The notes below the pieces were generated by a model. It made no database searches and had not been told where the DNA came from. It worked only from the letters and a program-made list of their open reading frames with translations. The translations under genes were made by a program, and so were the position numbers. DNA of 63,345 nt, the filler included, from Bigelowiella natans CCMP2755 (Eukaryota > Protista > Cercozoa): assembly GCA_000320545.1 (NCBI GenBank). It is 7 parts of 7 records of this genome, joined end to end, with 100 filler letters (N's around TTAATTAATTAA, not from the genome) between each part and the next. Parts side by side here need not be neighbours in the genome. Positions count along the whole stretch, not along the records: positions 1 to 21,699 come from ADNK01002472.1; positions 21,800 to 36,043 come from ADNK01000943.1; 5 more parts are not named here. One strand, given 5' to 3'. This document shows, one piece after another, positions 12,061 through 25,002 of this stretch (position 1 is its first letter; every line of letters starts with the position of its first letter).

Positions 12061-12214
12061 CATAATTTTGCACCAAGCGATCGACCTAGCGACCTTACTA
12101 GCTTAGCATGCGGAACATGAATGAGAATGCATGTCACAATTATCGATGATTTGTACAATGCGAATCAGTGTGCGTTCAATAGTCGAACCAAAATGATCCA
12201 TTCCGTCATAGACG

Positions 12215-13289
12215 CTACAAGTGTGCTTCTGGCTTCTCGAGTCGAATGAGCTTCACAATCACTTCTTCCAATGTCGCATCTGCAGGTAGACCAACAACTT
12301 TGCGGATCGTCGAACGCTTCGCGGAATTGAAATCGGACCTAAAGATACCCGTAATAACAGCAGTAGATATAAATCGGGGTAACTTTGATAGGAAAGCAAA
12401 ACAAAAATAGAAAACAAAGGAAGGACAAAGTCATGTCACCATCTTCTCTTCCAGGCAAGCACTTCCTGTGCTGAAAGTGGTTCATCATCCTCCACATCCG
12501 CCTTCCACCCCATTCTGTGCGACGCGAAAATTTTAAATTAGTCCAGTGAATTCTGTCAGGCCGAAGATCTCCATGCAGAAACCAATCCGAAATTAAGTAA
12601 AAACGAATCTCCAATGACTCTCCGCCAAATAACATAACCTTTGGAGCAGTTTCTTCTCTGTCTTAGAAGGTGGCTCCCTGAACGATCCCTCTAGTGTTGT
12701 CTTACTTCGCTTCGGTCCTTGTCGGGGACCTGCTGCTTCAGCTTCCCCTTCTGATGCTACCCTTGCTGCTAATATGTCGTCATTCTTTTTCTGCGGCGAT
12801 AACAATCTCCGAGATACAGGTATATTCTTTCGATATCGTGATGATTTATGCGGCCTCGAATCATGCTCATGGTGGTCCGTCGACGTAGAAATTGTCCTCC
12901 CCCTCCCTCCTCCTCCTCCTGCTGCTGCTGCTGCTGTCTCTTTTTCTTCCTCTTTGTCGCTATGAGGGAGCGCGGACAGAGGTTGAGAGACTGATGAGCC
13001 GCCACTACCGCTTGGATCCAAAAGTATACCTTCTTTACCAGGCTCACGAACCGACCTTGTTTTCTCCTTCTTGGGTCCGCTCACATTTGCAGGCCGCTTT
13101 TTTGGCTTCGTATTCTTTGGTTTATGAGAAACGTTGCCTGACCATCTAGTGTTATATTTGCTATATTTCGACGGCTGCTGCTTGCGTTCTTCCATGGAAC
13201 AGCGCTTATGTTCTTTTCGGGTGATCGGGTCTCGACGGGCTTCCCTCTCAACGCTGCTTAGAGCATGGAGAGAATGGAAATGTATTTAA

Positions 13290-13338
<49 letters not shown>

Positions 13339-14150
13339 GAACTGTTGTGTGTAGACACATTACTATTATTAGAGTTCTTTGAGAGTCTATGTTAGGAAAA
13401 TTTGAACAACACCTTCCAGAAGATCTACGGTCCTTTGAGGAGAGGAGCATTTCTTTTTCACATGTTGAATTCGGCACCCCAAGCTCCATTGAGACGGACT
13501 CGTCGTCGGATTCATCCTCATTGGGGCACACTAAGTATGGCATTACTCTATGTGTGAGAATGCATAACTAGCGAATATATCGAAACCATGAATGGGCTGT
13601 TTTCCATGTAGAGGATGTTACCCTGTAAGTAATGAAGGAGCTTGGTTGAACAGAGGTCCAACAACGCGACCGCAATAGTGGAAGCTTTCGAGATGCACCG
13701 CAGTACGGGAGATGCTGGTTTTCTGACGGAGAAAATTTGAATCACTCATAATATTGTTTACATCATGTCATATCTTTTGCGAACGAAAGTCACTCCACCT
13801 GTCTGTTTTCGCGTGCCTTCGGGCGCGTCGCTGGTCACCGGTGAAGGCAGCCCGTCTAATGATTTTCGTGGGCCTCTCCTTCCTTCTTCGCTGTCTTCGC
13901 TGCTCTTTACGCACGAAAACCTAGGATCATACACAATTTTATCCTAGCATCCAGAAGCAAATGGCGCTGAGTGTAGAGACGGGAGCGACTACGGGTTGAA
14001 TACCAGAGCAATGCCCGCAAGAAGGCCTGCAAGAACAGCTGTTACCAGCGCTCGAGCGTTCTGAAGTAAGAGGATAGATAGCCTTGGGGAGACAATACCC
14101 TCAAGAAATGGCAGAGGGTGTTCCTCAGGGTTGCTGTGGGTGAAGTTCAT
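12215..14150 (-). CDS. Low-complexity protein with an N-terminal hydrophobic segment and a C-terminal vasculin/GPBP1-like motif
   Basis: Spliced C-terminus PPSKTEKKLLQR | MGWKADVEDDEPLSAQEVLAWKRRW | SDFNSAKRSTIRKVVGLPADATLEEVIVKLIRLEKPEAHL* resembles the vasculin E-xx-LL-xx-MGW...PL-x-xxE motif. Exon 1 (MNFTHS...ALVTAVLAGLLAGIALVFNP) splices in frame to FSCVKSSEDSEEGRRGP. Confidence 0.6.
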
Positions 14151-14686
14151 TTTGAGGGGGGCGAGGGAGCGGGCATCTTCTTATCGCTGCAACTCCTTCT
14201 TCTATGGAGTCGAAGTTCGGCTATTAGATTGGGGGCAATATATTACTGCGACAACAAGAAAACACCCTGAAATCTAGAAATCATAAAATCAAAAAATCAC
14301 AAGAAAATATACGAGCAGCTACGATAGGCTCCATGTCTAGATGTACTACGACTGGAATGATATTTCAGATAAGAATTTATCGAAATGATAACTAAGATTT
14401 ATGAATTATTTATCACGTCAAGATTCGAGATTGCTCAATTTAGATCAGCGGAAGCGTTGGAAAATAACTGTATATCAAGGATATTACATGCATAAAAATC
14501 ATCCTAATTAAAAATCATCCTAATTACCAGAAAAGATTTGCAGATTTGCTGCATCTCTTAGGGCTTGGTGCTCTATTTCCACCCCACCCATTGTCCGATC
14601 TCATCTGCCAGCTGCAGCTGTTCATAGAGAATTATTCCACCACTTAAAGTACCTCACACGTTTTTGAGGAGCCAGGAGTGTTACAA

Positions 14687-15690
14687 ATGGATTTGGTACA
14701 TGTACAATCTCATAGTTGTCGATAGATTAGAAGACAGGATTTGCGTAAAGCTGAAGCGTTTTCTTTCGATCGGCACGTGCTGGAGGATGGTGTGACATTT
14801 TTGGATTCTGCATATTTTCTGTAAACACATCAGAAAGCACGTACGCAAGTGGAGATCTCCATGGGGCTGAGGAATGTAAGTGACTCGAACCTCAACATAG
14901 TGTAGAATTAACTGCGATGTCAAGCTGCAAGATAATCATGCTTATGATCAATTCTCAGCTCAGGAGCAAGGATATGTTCTCGAAGAGCGATCCCTGTATC
15001 ATTGTCTTTGAGAAGGTGGGTCAAAGCCAACTACCAAGAACGAATTGCGTGCGAAAGTCATCTTACTTCTTTGATGCATTCATCAGCAAAGGAAGGCGGG
15101 CTGGGTGGAGGTCGCGCGTACGGAAGTCATCATGGTAGAGAAATCGCACAGCCGAGATCCTCCCTTGGCCTTTTGCTGCAGCAGCCGTTGATCTCAATTT
15201 TTGTTTAGAACAAGCATAATCCCAACTTCAAGAAGCGCCTCAAAATGAGCTACTACTTCGAACGCCGCCAGGTCTCTGAACATACCGTTCTGCTTCCTCA
15301 CATAACCTGCCTCGCCCTATTTGCATCGTCGTCATCATCCCTCTGTTTTCATCCCCGTGTGGTTGGCTGCCAGGAAATGAAATTCGAAGTTTGGGACTGG
15401 GACACTAATGCTGCCGACAAGTCCACACGCAACCAGGACTACATCGGTCGGTATACGGAGTAGTTTCACATTATTGTGAGCACAATTGAGAGTCATCATC
15501 TCATCATCATCATCGTGCGCTCACACGGCACTCTTTGAATGCCCATCAGGATGCGTGGAAACGACCTTAGCGAACCTCGTGGTCGACTCGGGAATGCCGC
15601 GCAAAGTTATGAAAAGGTGATTTGATGATGCACCGTGAAAATTTTAGTAAAATAGGTGACATAGATACTGAATGAATAATATGGCACGAT

Positions 15691-15724
<34 letters not shown>

Positions 15725-16984
15725 GCATCTGATGATGATGATGGTGGTGGTGGTGTGTGTGTGTGTGTGTGTGTGTGGTGTAATGCAAAATAGTATCGAA
15801 ACGGTGGTACCTACATCTCTAAATCCCAATCCTCCTCCATTCCTCCATTCCTAAGATCTGGACGCGTTGCTGCAAAGGGACGTGCAAGAATGGTTGCTCA
15901 TCGCTTCTAAGCAAAGACACAGCAAAAACACTTTCCCGATCTAATCACGTGCATCCATAATACAACATACATAATGTGCCTTTTGGGGGTGGGGGGTGGA
16001 AATGAACAGGTTATTAATTGTGATGAGCTAAAGGAAGATGGCAGGAAATGCTACGTAAGAGCTACACCCTTCCCCTCCACTCCTCCTTTCTCTCCCCCCT
16101 GTGTTGCTCTATCACCGGTTTGACAGCATATTCTTTCAATGTCGCCATTAGATGCAAATCTCTGGGATCAAGCTACCGAAGATGGACTTTGGTGAGGAAA
16201 TGCGAAAGAGTTTTCCGGGAAGGGGGGGGTGAGGGGGAGGCAGAGGGAAATATGTCGTTCGTATACTTTACATCAAAATAAAGGTTCATTTGGCGCTGAG
16301 CTTGTTGCGCTCACTTGTGTCTTCGTGTGATACGACGGACCAAAATAGGCCTGTTCAGCAAGAGCGATCCCTATCTGCAGATATTTCGCCAAAGCAACCA
16401 ATCGTGGATCAAAATCTACCAGGTCGGGAAGTGAATGAATGGGGAATAGGAAGTGGGGGATGCTGCAGCGTATCGATACTGGAGTGATGATTTGAAGTGT
16501 TCGCCATTGAACTCTTGCAATCGTCATACATGCGCCGTTGCAAGTGATGATGAAATGATTGGGATGATGATAGTGATGGGCGATGATCATGATGATGGTG
16601 ATGGTGGTGGTGACGATGATAAATCGCTACTATAGACCGAAGTCATACCAAAAACCCTCAATCCGCGGTGGAAACCCATCACGTAAGGAAACCCCTAGAA
16701 AGATACTTTATGAGAAACATAGGGGAAGAAAGACTGGAAAGAATATATCGAAAGAGAGCGGGAGGGGTAGTGGGGAGGGGGGGGGGGAACGGGGAGAATG
16801 CAATGAACGTCGATGATAATGCTTCTCTTCACCGTCAATAGCTTTCACAGCTACGGTATATATGAATGTATATATCATCCATGTATCAATCGCAGAAGTA
16901 GAGGAAAACAGTAACCATCATCAACACCAAATTCAGACTCAAAGTAGCCGATATGTGCGGCGGCGACGAGAAGAGACGCATACT

Positions 16985-17016
<32 letters not shown>

Positions 17017-17296
17017 AAGAGTTGTCCTCCTCACTTCACCTCTCTCTCACTCCTCGCTCCCCCCTGAGATGATCTTCCGTCTTTTCTAGGTTTCGCGTCT
17101 GGGATCATGACAAGGTGGGGTCGCATGATTTGATTGGGGAGTTCCAGCTCACGCTGGGAGACATCAAGCAGGTGCTTTGTGGTGTTTGTAGAGAGTGCCG
17201 ACATCGTGATCATCATGATGAGGATGAAAGAGAGAGAGAGGGGGGGGGAGAAACGAAAGAGGATGCTGCGTGTTATAATAATGATCACGCGCATAA

Positions 17297-17334
<38 letters not shown>

Positions 17335-17813
17335 ATGCAGGGGTCTAGATTCGGACTTCGCCGGCCAAAGAAGAAGAAGGACAAGAACTATGGACATGTA
17401 CTACGTGCTGCGCTGCTGATGCCATCTAACAAAATTGCATATGTAAATTAAGATTGTGCATGGTAATGTCGTACGTTTGGAGTGAGGGTGATGATAACGA
17501 TGGTGATGGCGATGATAACGGGGACGTTTTTCGACCCAGATTCGTCCAAAGACAGCAACATTGATAAGCGATTGTGATGCATTTCCCTTACCTGACGGCA
17601 GAAAAACCAATGATGAGAGAGACGACGAGATGTGTATACGATAGTGAGAGGGAGAGAGATGACGACGTGTGCGGTGGTGGTGCTACTTTTTCGCCTGCTG
17701 CAGCTTGAATTCAGCGAAGCCAAGCACTACCGAGATGCCAACTTCTTGGACTATATTCGCGGGGGGATGGGTAAGCATGCACTCTAAGAGCAATTTCAGG
17801 AAAAAGGAAAAAA

Positions 17814-17856
<43 letters not shown>

Positions 17857-18304
17857 ATACGCTTTTTGGGATTAGTTATCCGTTGCACATGGACATTCCT
17901 GCTCCTACTCGTCGTCTCGAGATTGTTACCCCCCCCCCCCCCCCCACACACACCATTTGTTTGTTTTGGGCGCAGAGGTGAAGGTGATGTACGCGATCGA
18001 CTATACGGGTTCTAACAGAGATCCGAGCAAGTAACCCCACCTCTCACTCAGCATCCTTCATTCACAAGAACTTTGGGGAAGGGGGGGGGGGGGGGTTAGG
18101 GGAGGTACCGAATGGAACATGGAATAGCTTTTCTCTATCGGTTGAGCTGACTGGATGTGTGTGCGTGTGTATGTATGCGTTCATGCCATCAGCCCCAGCA
18201 GCCTCCACTACATATTAGGTGATTATTATTGAAACAACGATGATGATGATGACGATGACGATGATGACGATGATGATGCTAAGATAATTAATGCACACGA
18301 CACG

Positions 18305-18341
<37 letters not shown>

Positions 18342-18380
18342 AGTACTTACTTACTTCCTCCCCCTCGCCTCCCTCCCCTC

Positions 18381-18414
<34 letters not shown>

Positions 18415-18840
18415 GTGGTGGTGAAGATGACGATGATGATGGCCTGACATCAGGCAGCAAGCCGAGCCCCTACGCAGATGCAATCTCGAAGATCACTTCG
18501 TAAGATCATCCCCAAAGCCAACAGCCCGCCACAATTCACGATATATTATTTAATGCGCTGTAGCACGAACCTCAGCGAACGCCATCCCCAATGACCTTCG
18601 ATTCAACACTGCTGCCTCTATTCCATCATTATTTTATCATCATCACCATAATCACCATCATCATCATCATCATCATCATCACCGTTTCAGGATCTTGTCC
18701 CCCTACGACAAAGATCAGAAGATTCCTGTCTACGGCTTCGGCGCAAGGATCAAGAGCACCTCTCGCGTCTCGCACTGCTTTCCTCTAAGCTTCAACAGCA
18801 GCAACCCTGGTCATCGTTCATCCATAGAAACCATACAAAT

Positions 18841-18871
<31 letters not shown>

Positions 18872-20466
18872 TACATATATATATACATACATATACATTT
18901 ATATATAACTTTCGACTTGTGTTTGCGTTTTAATAATACATCTCCCTGCCGTCGTCGCTGCTACTGCTGCTGCTGTGCGTAGAGGTACACGGTCTCCAGG
19001 GCGTTTTGAATGCATATCATGGGTCGTTCAGCAAGCTCCTCCTCTCAGGCCCCACCTATTTCTCCGAGGTGCTGCACGTTGCTGGGAAGCTCATGTGCAT
19101 GTTGTTGTTGGTGGTGGTGTTAGCAGCCGTCAGCGTCCATAGTATGCTCTTGTGTGTATTACCGCATTGGTGCATCTTCATCCTCACCACTATCTTCATC
19201 CTCACCACTATCTTCATCATCATTATCATCACCCCCCCCCCCCTCCTACCACCCACAATATAATGATAGCTCCCATTTTGGCTGTGTCTCTGTATACACT
19301 AATAGGGATTACAACTTGCTAGCGCCGGGGGGTCCAGCCACACCTTCAGCTCGACAAAACAGGGAGTATTGAGGAGGACTAAGGGGGGGGAGGGGGAAAG
19401 TGGGAGGGGGGAAAAAAGTAGAAAAGTATTTTACAAGTATATTATTTATATATATTAATATATATTTATATATATATATTTATTTATTTATATTTATATA
19501 TGAACGTATAGTTAATATATTCTATTTTTATATATGTGCGGCCAAGACTAGCACCCAGCATCATCTAACCCCCTCCCTTGTTAGGGATACACGATTCTTG
19601 TGATATTGACCGACGGAGTAATCGACGACATGCGCAATACCATAGAAAGTAGTAAACTCTATGGCATCTGATATCATCCCTGCACCCGCGCGCTCAAAAA
19701 CCGGCGATCTAATCGCCGCTTTATCCATTCGTTTGTGCACGGACACGGCCCGTGGTTTATTGCACATGTTGCTGCGATGATGATTTCTGCAATGCGTCAC
19801 TCGAGTTTCGAGTACAGCTGTAGGCCACTCACACGCCATTATCACATCGTCGTTTCTTCTCTTCTCACGTTCTGTATCTCCCCCCCCCCCCCCCTCTCCT
19901 TCCCCGCCCTTTCACTCCTTCTTTGTCCCGGCCACCATGGCTTAGGCATCGTGAACATGGCCGATCTTCCAATATCGAGTACTTCGTTACCTGCCGCTAC
20001 TTCTGTGATATGAGCTGATGATGACAGTGATGATGATGGCGGTGGTGATAATGATGATGATTTTAAAAAAATAATAAATAGCTGATCTATAATCGTTATC
20101 TTTGCTACACCCTCGCTGCCATTATCACCACCCACGCAATGGATTGACAGTCGTCATCATCGGGATCGGCAAGGCCAATTTCGACGCTATGAATCGTCTA
20201 GACGGTAGAGAAGGGGGGGGGGGGGGGGGGGGTAAAAGAGTGAAAGCGATAACGGGAGCAGGAGACATATCTGAAATTGAAAAGGACGTCCGTAAAATAA
20301 GCTATTCATCGTGCTAATCATCACCGAGAGAGATTCCATTATTAGTAACGTCCTACAATGTGTGTCAAAGCGACGGTTTCAACGCACGGCAGCAGCCATA
20401 TCGACAGTGTTTTGACGTATCTTGCGCGTGTGCGTGTGTTGTGTGTGTTGTGTGTGTGTTGTGTGT

Positions 20467-20510
<44 letters not shown>

Positions 20511-20645
20511 TTCCCACTGATGCTGCTACTGCTGTGTAATCATCAGGCGATGACGGGCTTCTTACGACGTCGAGCGGGCGAAAGGCCTCGAGAGACATTG
20601 TGAGCGGACTACGACACACATACACACACATACACACACACCAAC

Positions 20646-20693
<48 letters not shown>

Positions 20694-21300
20694 TGTGTGT
20701 ATATTATTTGTTTATTTATATTTGTTTTGCGTGGCCCCTCATCCATTGCGCACACGGGTATCTATGTAGGAAAGTAGCGCTGTGTGTGTGTGTGTGTGTG
20801 TGTGTGAGTTGATTTATCGTATTTTTCTCCTCCGACTCTTTCCGCTCCCTCTGTTCTGCTTACGCGCACACGCCGCGAAAAGGTCCAATTCGTGCCGATG
20901 AGACAGTACGTCAACAACCCCTACGGTAGAGCGAGCGAGAGAGAGAGACAGGGAGAGGGGGGGGGGGGGGAGAGAATGGAACAAAAAGAAAGGAGACATA
21001 AGAGAGTATGGCAAAGGAGGGGGGAAGAGAGAAAGAGTGCAGTGATTAGTAATGGAAGTAGTTAAAAATGACGGTGCGATTAGCCGATAATACGTTCTGT
21101 TTCTTATTTATCATGCAGTAACCTGTTCTGATTGACCCTTTCTTCTTCTTCTTCTTCTTCTTCTTCTTCTTCCTTCTCTCCTTCCTTATCTTCTTTATGA
21201 TCGTGTCGTCGTGGTGCTGCTGCTGCACAAACAAGGCCTGACCGACGCCACCCTTGCCGAGATCCCGGAGCAAGTCATCAACTTTGCGAAGAAGAAGAAG
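14687..21300 (+). CDS. CPNE: Copine (C2-C2-vWA Ca2+/phospholipid-binding protein), about 28 exons; terminal exon uncertain (possibly to 21489)
   Basis: C2A: LRSKDMFSKSDP, ARTEVIM, YYFERRQ-EMKFEVWDWD...QDYIG. C2B: LPKMDFGLFSKSDPYL, TLNPRWKP, VWDHDKVGSHDLIGEF. vWA: FLDYIRGG, AIDYTGSN, YDKDQKIPVYGFGA, SHCFPL, LSGPTYFSE, LVILTDGVIDDM, IIGIGKANFDAMNRLDGD, RDIVQFVP, LAEIPEQV. Confidence 0.97.
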
Positions 21301-21699
21301 GTGAGAAGAATGATGTCGTATTATATGCACGTATATTCTCGCAATCCCCCCCCCCCCGCCCCCGCCCCCCCTCTCTCCCCCTCTACAAAATGAATAAAAT
21401 AGATACAGCATCGGCGCCGGCGCCTTTGTTGTTGCTGTTGCTCCCTCCTAACGACAATACCATGGTCCTCCCACCTCGAACCCTTTTAACCATCTAGAGC
21501 ACCCTTCTAGCTCTCTCTCTCTATCTCTCTCTAGTGCAGGTCTTAGGGACACACCCCTAGTCGTGAGGTGCTCGAGAGTGTAAACTTCAGCAGAGACTAC
21601 TCATAGGCCACTCAGCGGGGCCTGTTCTAGATAGGCTGCATAATATGACACCTCAAGCGCCTGTTGACCTCGTGGTTCCGCGAATTCGTACGCGCTACG

Positions 21700-21799
21700 N
21701 NNNNNNNNNNNNNNNNNNNNNNNNNNNNNNNNNNNNNNNNNNNTTAATTAATTAANNNNNNNNNNNNNNNNNNNNNNNNNNNNNNNNNNNNNNNNNNNN
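21700..21799. other. Assembly gap spacer (artificial)
   Basis: 44 N + TTAATTAATTAA (stops in all six frames) + 44 N. Confidence 0.99.
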
Positions 21800-21847
<48 letters not shown>

Positions 21848-21889
21848 ATGTTCATTTATATCATGCATGCTGAGGGCAAAAAGCCCGAC

Positions 21890-22319
21890 TTTGATCTCTG
21901 GAGCTTGTGACGTGTACTTGTATTGGTGCGGCTTCTTTCACCTTTATGACCGCATGGGTCGGGGAGGGGGGGGGGGGGGGATTGGCGAGACGGTAAGAAT
22001 CAGGAGATCAACGAACGATAAATATCGTACTTAGTTTCTCCTGCGATGAGGATTATATGCTGTCTAATCCCTCTATGCGTAGTATACTTTCCTTCATCGG
22101 ATCATCAAATCATCAACCACCCACCTCCAAAGCGCCGTGGGTGTTGATCATAGCTCTATAGGCGTTCTTCAGCACCTCCATGCAGACGTAGTGCAAGTGT
22201 GCATCGATGCACACGGCCACAGGGCGCTTCTTGTCCGTCGAGATGGGGGGGGAGGGAACCGGGTCGATATCTATTTCAACCTATGGTGTTTGTGGAAAGA
22301 AGGAACGACGAGAGAAGAC

Positions 22320-22361
<42 letters not shown>

Positions 22362-22682
22362 TGTTAGAAGAAGGGCTAATACGACAGGAAGCTACGCTCA
22401 TGTTCTTCGTTGGAGGAGGAGTCTCTAGATCAAGGTATGCGACGAGCTTACACTCACACATTCGCAATGAATTATCCGCAAGGAAATGACGACGCACAAA
22501 CGCGAAGGCAGGCAGATAAGAGGGAGGGAGGAGAGGAGGAAGAAGGGGAAGAAAGAAAGAGAGAGAGAGATCAGCAAATCAACCTCCGGTGCAGCCCCAA
22601 ACTTCTCAACCGCAAACGCCTGAGAATCTACATATCGTTCCCATAAAAACAACCCAAACGCGTTCTCCATCTCACTCGTGTA

Positions 22683-22726
<44 letters not shown>

Positions 22727-23400
22727 GTTGCATATTTTCTAATATAGTATGTGATATATACACGCGTGCATGTGTGCGTGTGTTTGTGTGTGTGTGTGTG
22801 TGTTTGAGTGCTTATAGTAGTAGAGAAAGCATTCTATCGCTGCCACCACTATCAACTAGGGTTCTAAACATGAAAGGAAGGGAGGGGGGGGGGGGGGGGG
22901 GTGCATGAGGAAATGGATTACCATAAATAGCAGCTTCCACTATTAAAGGTATCGAGTGTATACTTGCCGGCGGGCCGAGGGAGCTTATTGCTTTTTCCTC
23001 CGATTGATTGGAAAGGGCAGTCGGGCGACTCGCCAACTCTGTATTGTGTTTGGCAGGGGTGGGGGAGGGTACATGTTAACGTGAGCTGAAACAAAGACGA
23101 TCAAGGAGAAGAGGTGATAATAGTGATGGCAGTTGTAACAGATGATGATGATGATGGTGGTGGTGATGGAGCGTGAAACGATTTGGTTATTCTCACAACC
23201 TTCTTTCCCGCCGCTAGATGTTCCCTCTACTCCTCCCTCCCCCCCTTCTTGATCTGCCTGTGCTGCCTCTTCTAACTTCTTCACTCCAGTGTAGTAGTGG
23301 GAGACTAGAACTCTAGCGGGGAGCAACAGTCGAAATGCCGCCTCTACAGCTTCATCGATCTAGTGGTGAAACACACACACACACACAGACACATGCGTTC

Positions 23401-23448
<48 letters not shown>

Positions 23449-24803
23449 ATCTTACTCTCCTAAACACACACACACACACACAAACATCATCATCATCGTC
23501 ATCATCATCATTATCATCATTATCATCATCATCATCGCTGTCGTCCTCGCCGTCATGGTATGAGCAGAACTACCTCCTCCGGGAAGGAATTCAGGCGCTT
23601 TGAGTCATCCCTAAGCGAATCAAGGGGCGCGGAGGCATGTGAACAACAATTATCGGTCGCAACTGCATGCGTGTCTCAGGTCTCAGGAATTGCTGCTCGC
23701 AAAAGCACACGGAGATAGAGGAAGGACAGCAAAAAGTATGAAGCAGAAAGCAACCTGAGTGTCGTGCACATAGAGCGTGCATCGACGTCCATTTCCCTAA
23801 CGGCCTGAATGAATCGATCATTACATTAGACCGCTAATTATTGGAGACCCACCAATCGGTTGAATATCTAGCAGCAGCAGCAGCAGTAGCAGCAAAGTAG
23901 CAGCAATAGCATGTATGCTGGTCGAAATGTTGCCTTGGAGGCCAGACGTGTACACAGCGACCTTGGCGAGTTGAATGGCGTGTGGAAGGAACTCGTCGGG
24001 GCTGGATGGAGGTTCGGAAGACAGGAAATTGGATCTGGGAATGCAAACACACGCACAAACGTGCAAGCACAAGAGCATATATATCAAGGTCAGCCGCATG
24101 CTCGATCGCCCCCTTGCGTATGGACCATATCGTGCGGATATAATCGTACCTTGCATGCTTGAAGCTGGCAAGTGCCCGTTGAATAGCAAACGATTCATGT
24201 ATTTCCCTAATTGTTTGTGGAAAATATTTACAAAGGATCCAGAGATGTAAAGCGGGGTGCTTTTGGGGATATGACTGCTGCAACATCCCCCCTCCCCCCC
24301 TGCGACCCTAAAGCTTTTGCAAAAAAATAATTACGGTGGTAAAGCTGCAAATTTTTCCAGCAACACGTCGATCCTACGAACAATTAACATATGCATGTAT
24401 GTGAAATTCCATCGAGAATAGACTTCTGTCTTTCTCTCCCTTTGTAGCCACAGCAGCTCACAGAGTTGGGAAGAGAACTACAAATAAACCCGACAAAAAA
24501 TTGCATCAACTTTCTCATTTTGTTACCGCTTTGGCAACTGGCCATTGAGGAAGCGACTAGTATGTTTCACCTGTAAGCAGAGAAGAAGGTGGCAGTTATG
24601 CTACAAGAGAAGAGGTTCTTATGAAAGTCTCCAGAAGAGGGGGGGGGGTGGGGGGGGTAACATTCTCAAGTTCGAAGAACTTCTGGATGGTATGAGGGGA
24701 GGGTTGGTAGGGAATTCGTTGAAATCACCGTGTTCAGATCGGGGCCCCTCACGAACTCAACCATGTGTCGTAAGGAGAGCGTCTGCACCCGTCTGGACGC
24801 CAT
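21890..24803 (-). CDS. Pyruvate/branched-chain ketoacid dehydrogenase kinase-like (GHKL) protein; C-terminus lost in the gap
   Basis: MASRRVQTLSLRHMVEFVRGP | VKHTSRFLNGQLPKR matches the PDK N-terminal SLR-xM-xEF...FL-xx-ELPxR pattern. Also AVEKFGAAPE | VEI, N-box CIDAHLHYVCMEVLKNAYRAMI (~22140-22230) and APIQVHV. Confidence 0.85.
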
Positions 24804-25002
24804 TGCTGCCGTCGGCACGTGGGCTGTCGCGTGGTGTGGCTTAAAAGAAGAGAAAGAAGGGCACCAAAAAATACATGTCGCAGATATAAAATCCCCTGTA
24901 ATTATCCAATAAAACCGCTTTCTTTTGCATGTCGCAGGCGGAAAATCGTATGTAATTTTCTCCCTGCCCCGAGCAGAACCGACCCCCCGGCCGAGCGAAG
25001 AA
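24804..25002. promoter_or_regulatory. Putative bidirectional promoter (PDK-like / methyltransferase)
   Basis: About 200 bp of microsatellite-free DNA between divergent predicted start codons. Positional inference only. Confidence 0.5.

Noticed and set aside
21540-21699. Minus-strand QAPLSGL* resembling the PDK G-box (PLAGxGxGL)
   Set aside because: Followed by a stop codon, adjacent to a gap and probably low quality; cannot be assigned to the kinase.
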